Positions 1 through 8,720 of a DNA stretch of 64,000 bases are shown here, in pieces (within the stretch, counting starts at the first letter, position 1; each line of letters begins with the position of its first letter). The position numbers and the translations under genes were made by a program. The DNA is from Patescibacteria group bacterium. Lineage in GTDB: Bacteria; Patescibacteriota; Minisyncoccia; Phycocordibacterales; Phycocordibacteraceae. The stretch spans positions 70,428 to 134,427 of the forward strand of contig JAZJYZ010000001.1 in the NCBI GenBank assembly GCA_040390125.1. The letters are read 5' to 3'. The notes under the pieces were generated by a model, which saw only the letters and a list, made by a program, of their open reading frames with translations, was not told the origin of the DNA and did no database searches.

Positions 1-274
1 GAAATGGGAGCCAAAGTGGTATTCCGAAGAACGATGGCTCTGCATAACTCCAAGCACCTGCTCTGATCGCAAGTATTTCAGTTGCTGGTCCAAAAACAAA
101 ACCGAACGAATAGAGAGCAACAAGTCGCTTGCTTTTCATGTAGTACGCATAGAACACCGAAGATAGAAAGAGAGAGATGCTCAGTAGTACCTCTGCGTGC
201 CAGAAGAAGAACACAAGGAGTGCAGTCCCAACGGCAAACAGAGTTGCTATCAGCAAGTTCAATAAAACTTTCAT
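1..274 (-). CDS. Membrane protein, partial (DUF2878-like); runs off the window start
   Basis: Manual translation from ATG at 274: MKVLLNLLIATLFAVG...FGPATEILAIRAGAWSYAEPSFFGIPLWLPF; hydrophobic, no stop within the window. Confidence 0.7.
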   Translation of the reverse strand, partial: MKVLLNLLIATLFAVGTALLVFFFWHAEVLLSISLFLSSVFYAYYMKSKRLVALYSFGFVFGPATEILAIRAGAWSYAEPSFFGIPLWLPF

Positions 275-365
275 GGGAAGCACAATATCACACGAGACAA
301 GTGGGCGATGCAGGACTTAATCAGGATTTTGCATAAAAAAGCATGTGGTGTACTCTAAATAATCT

Positions 366-441
366 GCGCGGTTAGCTCAGTTGGTAGAGCATCTCATTTA
401 CACTGAGAGGGTCGTAGGTTCGAGCCCTACACCGCGCACCA
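366..441 (+). tRNA. tRNA-Val(TAC), CCA encoded
   Basis: Cloverleaf GCGCGGT...ACCGCGC-ACCA; anticodon arm TCTCA-TTTACAC-TGAGA; T-loop GTTCGAG. Confidence 0.97.
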
Positions 442-546
442 GAAGCAAATTTCTTGCTACTATCTTAGAGATATGAGTTTTATAAAAACACTATGATTCA
501 CAATCGCTACACGAAAAGCTGGTCTGGTTTTAACTAAGAAATTCCT

Positions 547-580
547 TCCGACGCCTGGAAAGCGTGTCGGAGTTTTCTTA
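547..580 (+). terminator. Intrinsic terminator or attenuator-like hairpin
   Basis: TCCGACGC-ctggaaa-GCGT(gt)CGGA followed by GTTTTCTTA. Confidence 0.55.
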
Positions 581-627
581 TTCTCCCCGCTATACACTAT
601 TCACTGTCCACTAATCACTACTCATCT

Positions 628-1290
628 ATGATCCAACTCAGCGAATCATCATTCAAAAAACTGCTCCTTGCCCTTGCCATCTATCTCGCATCTCTTTTTG
701 CGGCAAACACTTTGGGTCTAAAGATTATGCCGTTTCTGTTTGGCACCGGTCTCTCTGTCGCTGTATTCTCATTCCCCATTGTGTTTCTCATGACAGACGT
801 CATCGGCGAAGTATATGGAAAACGCATCGCAAAATTCTTCGTTCTTGCTGGATTTATCGCCACTGCCCTATTCATTGCATATTCCTTCATTTCAATTGCC
901 ATGCCGTGGTCTGAGCGAGGCTTGTGGGTAAGCGAGAGCTACAATCAGGTCTTTGGCATTTCAGTGAGAATGGCAATCGCATCATTGGTCGCATTCGCCA
1001 TTGCGCAATATCAAGACGTCATATCGTTTTTCTTCTTCAAAAAGCTCTTGGGAAAATCTGGCTTTTGGCTTCGCTCAACACTCTCGAACATCTGGTCACA
1101 GTTCCTCGACACAGTAATCTTCATGGTGATCGCATTTGCGGGAGTGTATTCAACGTCAACACTCATAGGCATCATGTTTAGCTGGTGGCTCTACAAGGTT
1201 GCGATGGGCTTCCTCTATACTCCCCTTTCCTATCTCGCAATACGCCTACTCAAAGACAAGAATGAAATCAAAGAGCCAGCCTCTGTCTAA
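628..1290 (+). CDS. yhhQ: VUT family (COG1738) queuosine precursor transporter YhhQ-like
   Basis: Motifs FPIVFLMTDVIGEVYG, ASLVAFAIAQYQDV, RSTLSNIWSQFLDT; multi-pass membrane protein. Confidence 0.88.
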   Translation: MIQLSESSFKKLLLALAIYLASLFAANTLGLKIMPFLFGTGLSVAVFSFPIVFLMTDVIGEVYGKRIAKFFVLAGFIATALFIAYSFISIAMPWSERGLWVSESYNQVFGISVRMAIASLVAFAIAQYQDVISFFFFKKLLGKSGFWLRSTLSNIWSQFLDTVIFMVIAFAGVYSTSTLIGIMFSWWLYKVAMGFLYTPLSYLAIRLLKDKNEIKEPASV

Positions 1291-1795
1291 AACACACTTC
1301 GTTGCCTATGTTGCGACATCCATAGATGGACGTATTTCACTTGAAAAAAGAAAGCTTCCTGATTGGACGAGCAAGGAGGATTGGAAATTCTTTCAGCGTG
1401 AACTCGCGAAAGCGGATGCCGTAGTGACAGGAAGAAACACATACCTATCTGCTGAGGGTCGCCTTAAAAAGCGTACGACTTTTGTATTGTCGAGCAGAGT
1501 AAAAAATACTCTCAAAAAAGGCACAGTGACCTTCATCAATCCAGCACACCAGAACCTTAAAAAACTCTTTTCAGAATATAAAACCGTCGCCATAGTTGGA
1601 GGTGCACGAGTGTATCAAGCAATGCTCGACAACAATCTACTCCATGATCTCTATGTAACTATTGAACCATTAGTGTTCGGGAGAGGAACCCCAATGTTTT
1701 CTGATGGACTACAAACAAAACGGTTTGAACTTGTCTCGGTAAAAAAACTAAACACGAAGAGCACTATTCTTCTTCACTACCGCATTAAAAAGTAA
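1262..1795 (+). CDS. Dihydrofolate reductase / RibD C-terminal family protein
   Basis: VATSIDGRI, GRNTY, VGGARVY, IEPLVFGRG motifs; start placed at ATG 1262. Confidence 0.85.
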   Translation: MKSKSQPLSKTHFVAYVATSIDGRISLEKRKLPDWTSKEDWKFFQRELAKADAVVTGRNTYLSAEGRLKKRTTFVLSSRVKNTLKKGTVTFINPAHQNLKKLFSEYKTVAIVGGARVYQAMLDNNLLHDLYVTIEPLVFGRGTPMFSDGLQTKRFELVSVKKLNTKSTILLHYRIKK

Positions 1796-1828
1796 GCTCT
1801 CATGACTACATTCGTTAAAACTAATCAA

Positions 1829-1864
1829 TATAGTATAAAGTAACGACCGTTACTTTATACTATA
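1829..1864. repeat. Perfect 16-bp inverted repeat (REP-like palindrome)
   Basis: TATAGTATAAAGTAAC-gacc-GTTACTTTATACTATA. Confidence 0.85.
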
Positions 1865-1883
1865 CTGCCACCCTATATACAGT

Positions 1884-2606
1884 ATGAATGTACGGGCAAT
1901 CAAAACACGTATTTTCAAACAAGAAGAAAACCTCTCGATGTTCATTGAGGAGCATATAAAAAAAATCCCTGACGGTTCAATTCTCCTCATCGCCTCAAAA
2001 ATCGTCGCCCTCTCCGAAGGCCAATTTGTGCAACCTCCGGAGGTTGCACAAATTGGAAAAGATTCTGTCGGCTCTCTGATAAGGAAAGAAAGTACGTGGG
2101 CAGTTCAGTCAGAGGGCGTATGGCTCACTGAGAAAGACGGAATGATCATGGCGAATGCTGGCATTGATAAGTCGAATGCAAACGGAGGCATCGTACTTCT
2201 CCCGAAAGACAGTTTTGCCTCAGCCGCACGCTTGCGAAAAGTTCTGCAAAAGAAATACCGAATAAAAAACCTCGGCATCGTGATTACCGACAGTGCACTC
2301 ATGCCCTTGCGTGCGGGTGTAGTGGGAGTAGCACTTGGCTATGCCGGCTTTACGGGAGTGCGTGACTACCGAGGGAAGAAGGATATTGTTGGACGAAAGA
2401 TGAAAATCTCTAGAACAAATATTGCCGACAGCATTGCAACCGCTGGAACTTTGATTATGGGGGAAGGAGCAGAACAACAACCAGTTGCTCTTATTACTGA
2501 TGCTCCTGTTGAGTTTGTAGAGAAAATAAATAAAAAAGAATTGAAAATTAACCCCAAAGAGGATATTTTCTGGCCGTTGTTGAAACGGGTCAGACGCACG
2601 AAATAG
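1884..2606 (+). CDS. CofE-family gamma-glutamyl ligase (F420-0:L-glutamate ligase-like / folate polyglutamylase)
   Basis: ASKIVALSEG, ANAGIDKSN, VITDS, PLRAGVVG, MGEGAEQQP motifs. Confidence 0.85.
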   Translation: MNVRAIKTRIFKQEENLSMFIEEHIKKIPDGSILLIASKIVALSEGQFVQPPEVAQIGKDSVGSLIRKESTWAVQSEGVWLTEKDGMIMANAGIDKSNANGGIVLLPKDSFASAARLRKVLQKKYRIKNLGIVITDSALMPLRAGVVGVALGYAGFTGVRDYRGKKDIVGRKMKISRTNIADSIATAGTLIMGEGAEQQPVALITDAPVEFVEKINKKELKINPKEDIFWPLLKRVRRTK

Positions 2607-2628
2607 GCTTGGTATAATTGCTATATAT

Positions 2629-3018
2629 ATGGAGCTTACCGTCTTGTTGAGCAGAGTATTCGGTGTGTACCTGCTTATTATGGCAGTGGCAATATTCACG
2701 CGTCGAAAAGCACTAATGGTGAGCGTAGAGGCGATGTTTAAAGAGCAATTTGCACAGCTTGTGGCTGCGATGATTTCAATTCTTGGAGGTCTAATTTTTA
2801 TAAACATATATCAGGATTGGTCGTCAGTGCCGGCCGGGATTATCTCGACAATCGCCTGGCTGATTCTTATAAAGGGACTCTTGTACGCTTTCTTGCCTGA
2901 GGTCCGCCTTGCAGAGTTCACCAAGCTGTTCACGGAACGAGGGTGGTACACGATGGATGGGCTTTTGGCACTTAGTATCGGTATATATCTGACTGGTTTC
3001 GGATACGGACTCTGGTAA
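2629..3018 (+). CDS. Hypothetical membrane protein (about 4 TM)
   Basis: 129-aa hydrophobic ORF; extended -10-like TGGTATAAT just upstream. Confidence 0.75.
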   Translation: MELTVLLSRVFGVYLLIMAVAIFTRRKALMVSVEAMFKEQFAQLVAAMISILGGLIFINIYQDWSSVPAGIISTIAWLILIKGLLYAFLPEVRLAEFTKLFTERGWYTMDGLLALSIGIYLTGFGYGLW

Positions 3019-3063
3019 AAGATTCAAGTCGGTGCCCAGCCTCTCGGCACGATTTTCTAATCG

Positions 3064-3254
3064 CCTGCAGGAATCTCTCCTTACAGGAGCTGTACACCTC
3101 ATTCAGCAGAATGACTCTTGGAGCACGTGGATTTTTTCTTTCGGGAACTCAGAAAAAATGCACGCAGGATCTTCGATTCCTGCACGGATGTCTCCCAGAC
3201 ATCCTAGGGGGCACCAACAAAAATCGCCGCTCATGCGGCTGGTTTTTGTTTCTG
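3064..3254 (-). repeat. tRNA 3'-trailer element with an inverted copy of the tRNA-Arg(TCT) T-arm/acceptor
   Basis: + strand TTCGATTCCTGC (3172-3183) [22-nt insert] AGGGGGCACCA (3206-3216); further fragment CCTGCAGGAATC at 3064-3075. Confidence 0.8.
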
Positions 3255-3326
3255 TGCCCCCTGCAGGAATCGAACCTACATCGACGGCTTAGAAGTCCGC
3301 AGCTCTATCCATTGAGCTAAGGGGGC
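3255..3326 (-). tRNA. tRNA-Arg(TCT), no encoded CCA
   Basis: Reverse complement GCCCCCTTAGCTCAATGGATAGAGC...CTTCTAA...GGTTCGATTCCTGCAGGGGGCA. Confidence 0.93.
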
Positions 3327-3358
3327 GAGTACCGGGGCAATGATACCTCAATAACGGC

Positions 3359-3679
3359 TTATTTTCGAGCTGGAACGATGAGAGCAGGGTCAACAATTGG
3401 CAAAGGAAGTTCGGAGTTTGCATCATACATGGCCTTGCGGATGCGGTAAGAGGTAAGCACGGAGTCAATTTCATCTGACGTTACCACTTGTGCTGGGAAT
3501 GATGCGACATTCGCATTCACTATCAATCCCGATTGAATACCGAAAAAAATGTACCCTGCGTACGCTATGAAAAAAAGAAATGGCACCAATGCGATCACGA
3601 GCACAAGAAACCAATGACGCTCGGGGTTCGGTTGCATACTTGATGCAAAAAAGTGACCAATGTTTCTGATTTGATTCAT
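3359..3679 (-). CDS. Hypothetical single-TM protein, last gene of the pilMNO-like operon
   Basis: 106-aa ORF with one TM; 4-nt overlap with the upstream ORF. Confidence 0.7.
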   Translation of the reverse strand: MNQIRNIGHFFASSMQPNPERHWFLVLVIALVPFLFFIAYAGYIFFGIQSGLIVNANVASFPAQVVTSDEIDSVLTSYRIRKAMYDANSELPLPIVDPALIVPARK

Positions 3680-4197
3680 AGCGTGGGTGATTTTTCTTTT
3701 ATAAAATCAATCACGAAAGTTCCAAACCAGAGATGATTATCTGAAACTTGGAATGACATAGTGACGAGTCGAGATGCCTCTGGCAATGTCTCAAGCGCTG
3801 ATGCGAAGCGAACGAGGTCTCCCAGTGAACCTTGAGCGGAGAGCGTCACTCGTACCGGCTCATGATAGGTAAGCGTCGTAGACAACACTGAAACCGATCC
3901 GATTGTCGTTTTCACGTTTTCACGTTTTGCTGTAGCTTCAACCGCCTCGATAATACGCAATGAATTACTATCAGAAACTACAAACGTAGCTAGCTCTTCT
4001 CGACGTGAAGTTGTTTCAGCGAGTATGGTACCTGCACGTCGCAGAGCAAGATCCCGAGTATCGGTAGAGAAAGATACCTCCTTTGCTTTTGCAATTGTCG
4101 CAACAAATCCAGAAATGCGAACGTGGACAAACACGTACCCGGAAGTAGCTACACACAACAACAAGATTCCTAATAATAATGTGGTGACTTTTTTCAT
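3676..4197 (-). CDS. PilO-like type IV pilus assembly protein
   Basis: N-terminal TM, coiled coil, C-terminal ferredoxin-like 'GSLGDLVRFASALETLP'; operon position. Confidence 0.65.
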   Translation of the reverse strand: MKKVTTLLLGILLLCVATSGYVFVHVRISGFVATIAKAKEVSFSTDTRDLALRRAGTILAETTSRREELATFVVSDSNSLRIIEAVEATAKRENVKTTIGSVSVLSTTLTYHEPVRVTLSAQGSLGDLVRFASALETLPEASRLVTMSFQVSDNHLWFGTFVIDFIKEKSPTL

Positions 4198-4769
4198 GGT
4201 GCGTTCACGTCAAAGGTAAATGGTATTGAAAAATCTATATCGACTCCGGTTGCAAGATCTGAAACTGGCACCACTGCTCCCTCGAACATACGCTCACTTT
4301 CGAGCTTCTTTCCAAAATTAATCAACGCAAGACGTGTGTTTGCCTTTCCGGAGACGGTTACCTTTCCAACACCGGAGCTCGTTACAACAAGAGATATTGC
4401 ATTAACGTGTATGTCATCCGCTACCCCTGCAGTAATGCGTGAAAGTACCAGAGCAGTCGCTTGATCCCCCTGATACTCTTTCAGAACAGAAATACGTTCT
4501 TTCAAGAGTGAAATTTGCTGAACAGTGCCTGAAGATTGGTAGAGCTTTACGCTCTCGGCGGACGACTCCATGGCACGAACAGCAATACCCGCTTCGCTTT
4601 CTGCGAGGAAATACGACGGCATAAGGAGTGCAATACCGACAATACAAACACCCACGAGCAAGAACACAAAAAGACTCGCAAGCGCTGTGTAGTAACGAAC
4701 ACGAAGATTCATCTGCTCCTTTGGAGGAAGAAGGTTCACTCCGATAGAAATTTTGGAATTGTTTTTCAT
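4194..4769 (-). CDS. PilN-like type IV pilus assembly protein
   Basis: 'VNLLP' PilN signature, TM, 'VSGKANTR'; follows pilM. Confidence 0.75.
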   Translation of the reverse strand: MKNNSKISIGVNLLPPKEQMNLRVRYYTALASLFVFLLVGVCIVGIALLMPSYFLAESEAGIAVRAMESSAESVKLYQSSGTVQQISLLKERISVLKEYQGDQATALVLSRITAGVADDIHVNAISLVVTSSGVGKVTVSGKANTRLALINFGKKLESERMFEGAVVPVSDLATGVDIDFSIPFTFDVNAP

Positions 4770-4829
4770 GATAGAAACGTCAAGAAATCGTGATGGACGA
4801 TAGTGTATGTAGTTTTTTTCTAACGGAGC

Positions 4830-5927
4830 TCACCATAGTACTTGGCGGTTTCCACGAAGTGCGAGACCGATTGCGGTTGCGTATTCCAACGATTCAGAAA
4901 ATTCCATCGGCGGTACGTAGCTATCGAGTGGGAAAGCATTCGTCCATACGTCTGCAATCGTCACAGGCACATTCAAAAATGTCTCAAGATATTCAGCGAT
5001 GCCACGTAAATTTGTACCGCCCCCCGAGAGGATCACCTTCTCTACAGGGAGTCTGGTTACATCGTCTGCAGATGGCGCATTCCAGTAGGAAAAATGTTTC
5101 ACTATTTCATCTTTCATAACTGACACTGTCGTCATGAGTGTTTCTACTAAGTCGGCATTTTGTGTACTCATCACAAAACCTTTTTCATTTTTCATCTTCT
5201 CGGCATCTACGCCAGAGATGCTGAATTTTTTCATGATGACACCCGTGAGTGCTTCGCTCCCCATGTCTACACTTGCCGTGAACGACACAACGCCTGCGTC
5301 CGCAATAGCAATGCGCGTGGAGTATCTCCCCAGGTCAATAATCATGATGGTGCGTGACAAATCCTCCGCACGTAACACTGAGCGAGCGAGTGCTTGTGAC
5401 TCCACTTCTATGGCACGAAGTATCACACCTGCAGATCGGAAGACAGAGGAATATTCTTCTATCATACGCTTCGCATATGCTGTGACGGATACAATGGTGC
5501 CGGCCTGGATACGCCGTACAATCTCGAAGTCAAAAAGCACCTCTCCTGGCGGCAGTGGCACATGAGCCTCGAGTCCAGATTCAACCCCGGCACGAAGATT
5601 TGTCACATTCTCTGGTATAAGCGCCTGGTAAAGATAGGCTTTTTGTTCGGGAATACTTGCCATTGCGTTTCGCACATGATGGCGAAGCCGATAGGAACGC
5701 AGAACATCAATAACTTTTTCTGGCTGTTCGATCTCACCCTCAACAACAATATCTTTTTGAAGCGGTGTTTCTTCACATGTTCGAACCTCTAAGCCAAGTG
5801 CGGTTGATTTCAAAGAAACACATTTTATAGAATTACTAGAAATATCAACCCCCGCAGCCGGCATGGCAATTACTGAGGGAGGTGGAAACATCGCAAGTAT
5901 GCGTTTCTGAAATGACATGCTTCTCAT
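4830..5927 (-). CDS. pilM: Type IV pilus assembly protein PilM
   Basis: Actin-like fold motifs GVDISSNSIK, IDLG, LSGGG, ATAIGLALR. Confidence 0.9.
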   Translation of the reverse strand: MRSMSFQKRILAMFPPPSVIAMPAAGVDISSNSIKCVSLKSTALGLEVRTCEETPLQKDIVVEGEIEQPEKVIDVLRSYRLRHHVRNAMASIPEQKAYLYQALIPENVTNLRAGVESGLEAHVPLPPGEVLFDFEIVRRIQAGTIVSVTAYAKRMIEEYSSVFRSAGVILRAIEVESQALARSVLRAEDLSRTIMIIDLGRYSTRIAIADAGVVSFTASVDMGSEALTGVIMKKFSISGVDAEKMKNEKGFVMSTQNADLVETLMTTVSVMKDEIVKHFSYWNAPSADDVTRLPVEKVILSGGGTNLRGIAEYLETFLNVPVTIADVWTNAFPLDSYVPPMEFSESLEYATAIGLALRGNRQVLW

Positions 5928-6028
5928 TATAAGCCCTCAATATCTCTGTACTCTATAGAGTCCCTCAAAAAAGAAGACACTAATTCCTCTCGATGGAGCA
6001 AAGTGCGGACTACACGGCAGTCCAAAAA

Positions 6029-6355
6029 TTAACGTATGCGACTTCCTGGATCAACAAACCTTGTTGGCGATAAAAGTGCAAACGTACTCCCCTCACCAAC
6101 AGCAAGAAGCATTCCATTGGAAACTTGTCCTCGAATTACACGTGGTTCAAGATTGGTGATGAAAGGAAACTGTCTACCTACAAGATCAGCCGGCGAAACA
6201 TATTCCGCAATACCGGAAAGAATTTGTCGCGGAGTCTCTTCCCCGAAATCAACTTCAAGTCGAAGGAGCTTGTCAGTATCAGGTACGTGTTCTGCAGAGC
6301 GGATGGTTCCAATCTGAATTTCAGCACGCTTAAAATCATCTAGTGAAAGAGACAT
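6029..6355 (-). CDS. Stand-alone tRNA-binding OB-fold protein (MetG C-terminal / CsaA / Trbp111-like)
   Basis: DKLLRLEVDFG, RQILSGI, NLEPR, SNGMLL. Confidence 0.9.
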   Translation of the reverse strand: MSLSLDDFKRAEIQIGTIRSAEHVPDTDKLLRLEVDFGEETPRQILSGIAEYVSPADLVGRQFPFITNLEPRVIRGQVSNGMLLAVGEGSTFALLSPTRFVDPGSRIR

Positions 6356-6358
6356 AGA

Positions 6359-6745
6359 TTATTTTTTAGTTCGCTCTATGAAACTATTAAGAATTATAGC
6401 TGCTGCCTTTGCATCTACAAACTTATCGTCCGTGTCACGCCTCGCTTCAACGGAACTATAAAATTCAGGCTCATAGAAAATCTGCATCGCTGTCGCTCGC
6501 TCAAGATCCGCAACAAATTGCCGAGTATGTTTCATAACCGAGTTATCATTTCCGTCTTTATCCTTAGACTCCCCCACGACAATCTGTGCAACGTGTTCAG
6601 TTTTAATGAGCTCTGCCAACGTTGGTATAAGCGTGCGGTCAGTTGGAAAAATAGCTTTTGCAAAAGCAACAGAACCGGACTCGTCCGAAACTGCAACGCC
6701 AACGCGTTTTGTGCCATAGTCGATACCTAAAAGTTTGGAACCCAT
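6359..6745 (-). CDS. ruvX: YqgF/RuvX family nuclease
   Basis: LGIDYGTKRVGVAVSD, IVVG, VDAKAAAIIL. Confidence 0.9.
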   Translation of the reverse strand: MGSKLLGIDYGTKRVGVAVSDESGSVAFAKAIFPTDRTLIPTLAELIKTEHVAQIVVGESKDKDGNDNSVMKHTRQFVADLERATAMQIFYEPEFYSSVEARRDTDDKFVDAKAAAIILNSFIERTKK

Positions 6746-6868
6746 TATAAAAATAATTACGGAAGCTCTTCTTCAATAGTGGTTATTTTGAAATGGGATC
6801 CTTACACACTACTACTCTGTCCAGTATAGCGTGTTGCGAGTTCTAAGCGAGCACGCTAGGATGACGGT

Positions 6869-7153
6869 ATGTTTGGTTTTAACGTTGCGGGCTTTAATCT
6901 ATGGATTATTTTGTTGATCCTATGGACTTTGCCCTGGAAAGGCTACGCTCTTTGGCTTTCTGCAAGAAACAATCAGCCCCGCTGGTTTATCGCACTACTA
7001 CTACTCAACACTGTTGCAATTCTTGAAATAATCTATATCTTCGCTATAGGCCGTAAGGTCACAAAAAATCCAAACATTCAAGCAAACAAGGGGAAAGTAA
7101 CAGAATACAGCAAGCACGAAACAGTTCGAGTATATTCAGACTCTGAAAAATAA
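6869..7153 (+). CDS. DUF5652-like small membrane protein
   Basis: WTLPWKGYALW...WFIALLLLNTVAILEIIY pattern. Confidence 0.75.
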   Translation: MFGFNVAGFNLWIILLILWTLPWKGYALWLSARNNQPRWFIALLLLNTVAILEIIYIFAIGRKVTKNPNIQANKGKVTEYSKHETVRVYSDSEK

Positions 7154-7210
7154 AAGTTCGACTAAGTCATGGTCTGACGTTCCATAAAAAATATCTGGTA
7201 TAGTGGTTGA

Positions 7211-7687
7211 GTGCGTGAGTACAAAAGAAAACCTAACACAAAATGTTCAACCTGTGACAGGCCAATCTACAGGCGCCCTGTTGAGCTCCAACGGGGGGCC
7301 GTATTCTGTAGCTCCATATGCTACGGAAAAGCTAACAGAAAAGAAAGGCCGTGTGTCATATGCAACAACCCTATCTTAGCAAGAGCTAACAAAAAAACGT
7401 GTAGCAGGGGTTGTGCAAATAAAAACCGAGCAGGTATCAAATACGGCACCAAGAGGCCTTATGACAAGGTAAGGAACGAAAGAACCATTAAGCTACGGGT
7501 ACTGGAAATCCGTGGAGCAAAATGTGAGCGATGCGAATATAGTAAAAAGCAAATTTTGCACGTACACCATAAGGACAGGAACCATAATAACAACGAACTT
7601 CGGAACCTAGAATTGATCTGCCCAAATTGCCACTACGAAGAACACTATTTAGAGAAAAGCTGGCTAAATGATACAGTGGGTCACTAA
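7211..7687 (+). CDS. HNH endonuclease with N-terminal Cys-rich zinc-finger repeats
   Basis: CERC...HVHHKDRN...NNELRNLELICPNCHYEEH; CxxC and FCS/TCS repeats. Confidence 0.85.
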   Translation: MREYKRKPNTKCSTCDRPIYRRPVELQRGAVFCSSICYGKANRKERPCVICNNPILARANKKTCSRGCANKNRAGIKYGTKRPYDKVRNERTIKLRVLEIRGAKCERCEYSKKQILHVHHKDRNHNNNELRNLELICPNCHYEEHYLEKSWLNDTVGH

Positions 7688-7688
7688 C

Positions 7689-7775
7689 GGAGAGGTGGCA
7701 GAGTGGTCTAACGCACCGCACTTGAAATGCGGCGACCCTTAACGGGGTCCGAGAGTTCGAATCTCTCCCTCTCCG
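7689..7775 (+). tRNA. tRNA-Ser(TGA), no encoded CCA
   Basis: GGAGAGG...CCTCTCC-G; anticodon arm CCGCA-CTTGAAA-TGCGG; long variable arm. Confidence 0.95.
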
Positions 7776-7854
7776 CACGTTCGTTTTTTTTGAGCAATCG
7801 TTTACCGTTGAACTGGTAAACATAAGACTACATAATCAGACAAAAAATAACTAA

Positions 7855-8700
7855 ATGAAAATCCTTACTGCAAATATAGGGATGGGTATGCCCGGTATGC
7901 GGAGTGCTACAACAAGCCTCCGCATTCTTGTTGGCTTCCACGGATGGAGCGTTCTCCCTTTTATTATCTTCGGAGGAAGGCTCGGATGGCTCTTTCGTTA
8001 CAGTGTCTATGCGGATAGTAAACGAGAACGATGGCTCGGTAGCAAAAGTACACTTACGCCGACACTTGATCTTATAGAGAAAGAACAGCCTGATGTAGTG
8101 ATCCTCAACGAAGTGGTGTACGAAATCCATAAAGAAAGCCTGGAGACAGCACTGGAGCGACTTGGATTTCCACACATTGCGTGGGGTCGAAGTCTGCATC
8201 ACCCAGGAGCAACTATGTCGACTGTGACCGCGTCTAAGTTGCCATGTCTTTCTGATGGATTCACTCCTGAAATTCTTCAGCTTCCACAAATTTCCGGAGG
8301 TGCAGGGATAAGCGGTGTGCGTTTAGCACACCTGCCAGTAACCATTGTTGGTTTTCATTTAACGCTGGGGCTGCGCAAACTTTTCCAGAGACAGCTTGCT
8401 GATCTCGTGAAACTTGCTGAAGCTGAAAGAGCTGAAGGAAGAACAATGCTCTTGGCGGGAGATTTCAACGCACGAGCAAAAATAATAGGAAAACAAAAAG
8501 CGTTTGCAAAACTCCAAATGACATCAGTAACACGCCAGGTTACCTCTCCCTTAGGACTTCCGAAACAATTCCAACGAGATTTGGACCATATTTTTATCCC
8601 AACAAACTGGCACATTCAAGAAACAAAATATGCAGCATTCGGTTCAGATCACTCAGCAGTCATTGCAACGGTCACTCCACCGGTAGAATCAGATCAATAG
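7855..8700 (+). CDS. Endonuclease/exonuclease/phosphatase (EEP) family protein
   Basis: ILTANI, PDVVILNE, AGDFN, LDHIF, SDH. Confidence 0.9.
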   Translation: MKILTANIGMGMPGMRSATTSLRILVGFHGWSVLPFIIFGGRLGWLFRYSVYADSKRERWLGSKSTLTPTLDLIEKEQPDVVILNEVVYEIHKESLETALERLGFPHIAWGRSLHHPGATMSTVTASKLPCLSDGFTPEILQLPQISGGAGISGVRLAHLPVTIVGFHLTLGLRKLFQRQLADLVKLAEAERAEGRTMLLAGDFNARAKIIGKQKAFAKLQMTSVTRQVTSPLGLPKQFQRDLDHIFIPTNWHIQETKYAAFGSDHSAVIATVTPPVESDQ

Positions 8701-8720
8701 AGAGCGGTATAATTTCATAC

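Noticed and set aside
445-627. preQ1 riboswitch upstream of yhhQ
   Set aside because: Could not find the class I stem-loop plus A-rich tail consensus by eye; needs Infernal
3172-3216. Prophage or island attR (tRNA 3' duplication)
   Set aside because: The copy is inverted and only about 40 nt from the tRNA, with no integrase or cargo; att duplications are direct repeats
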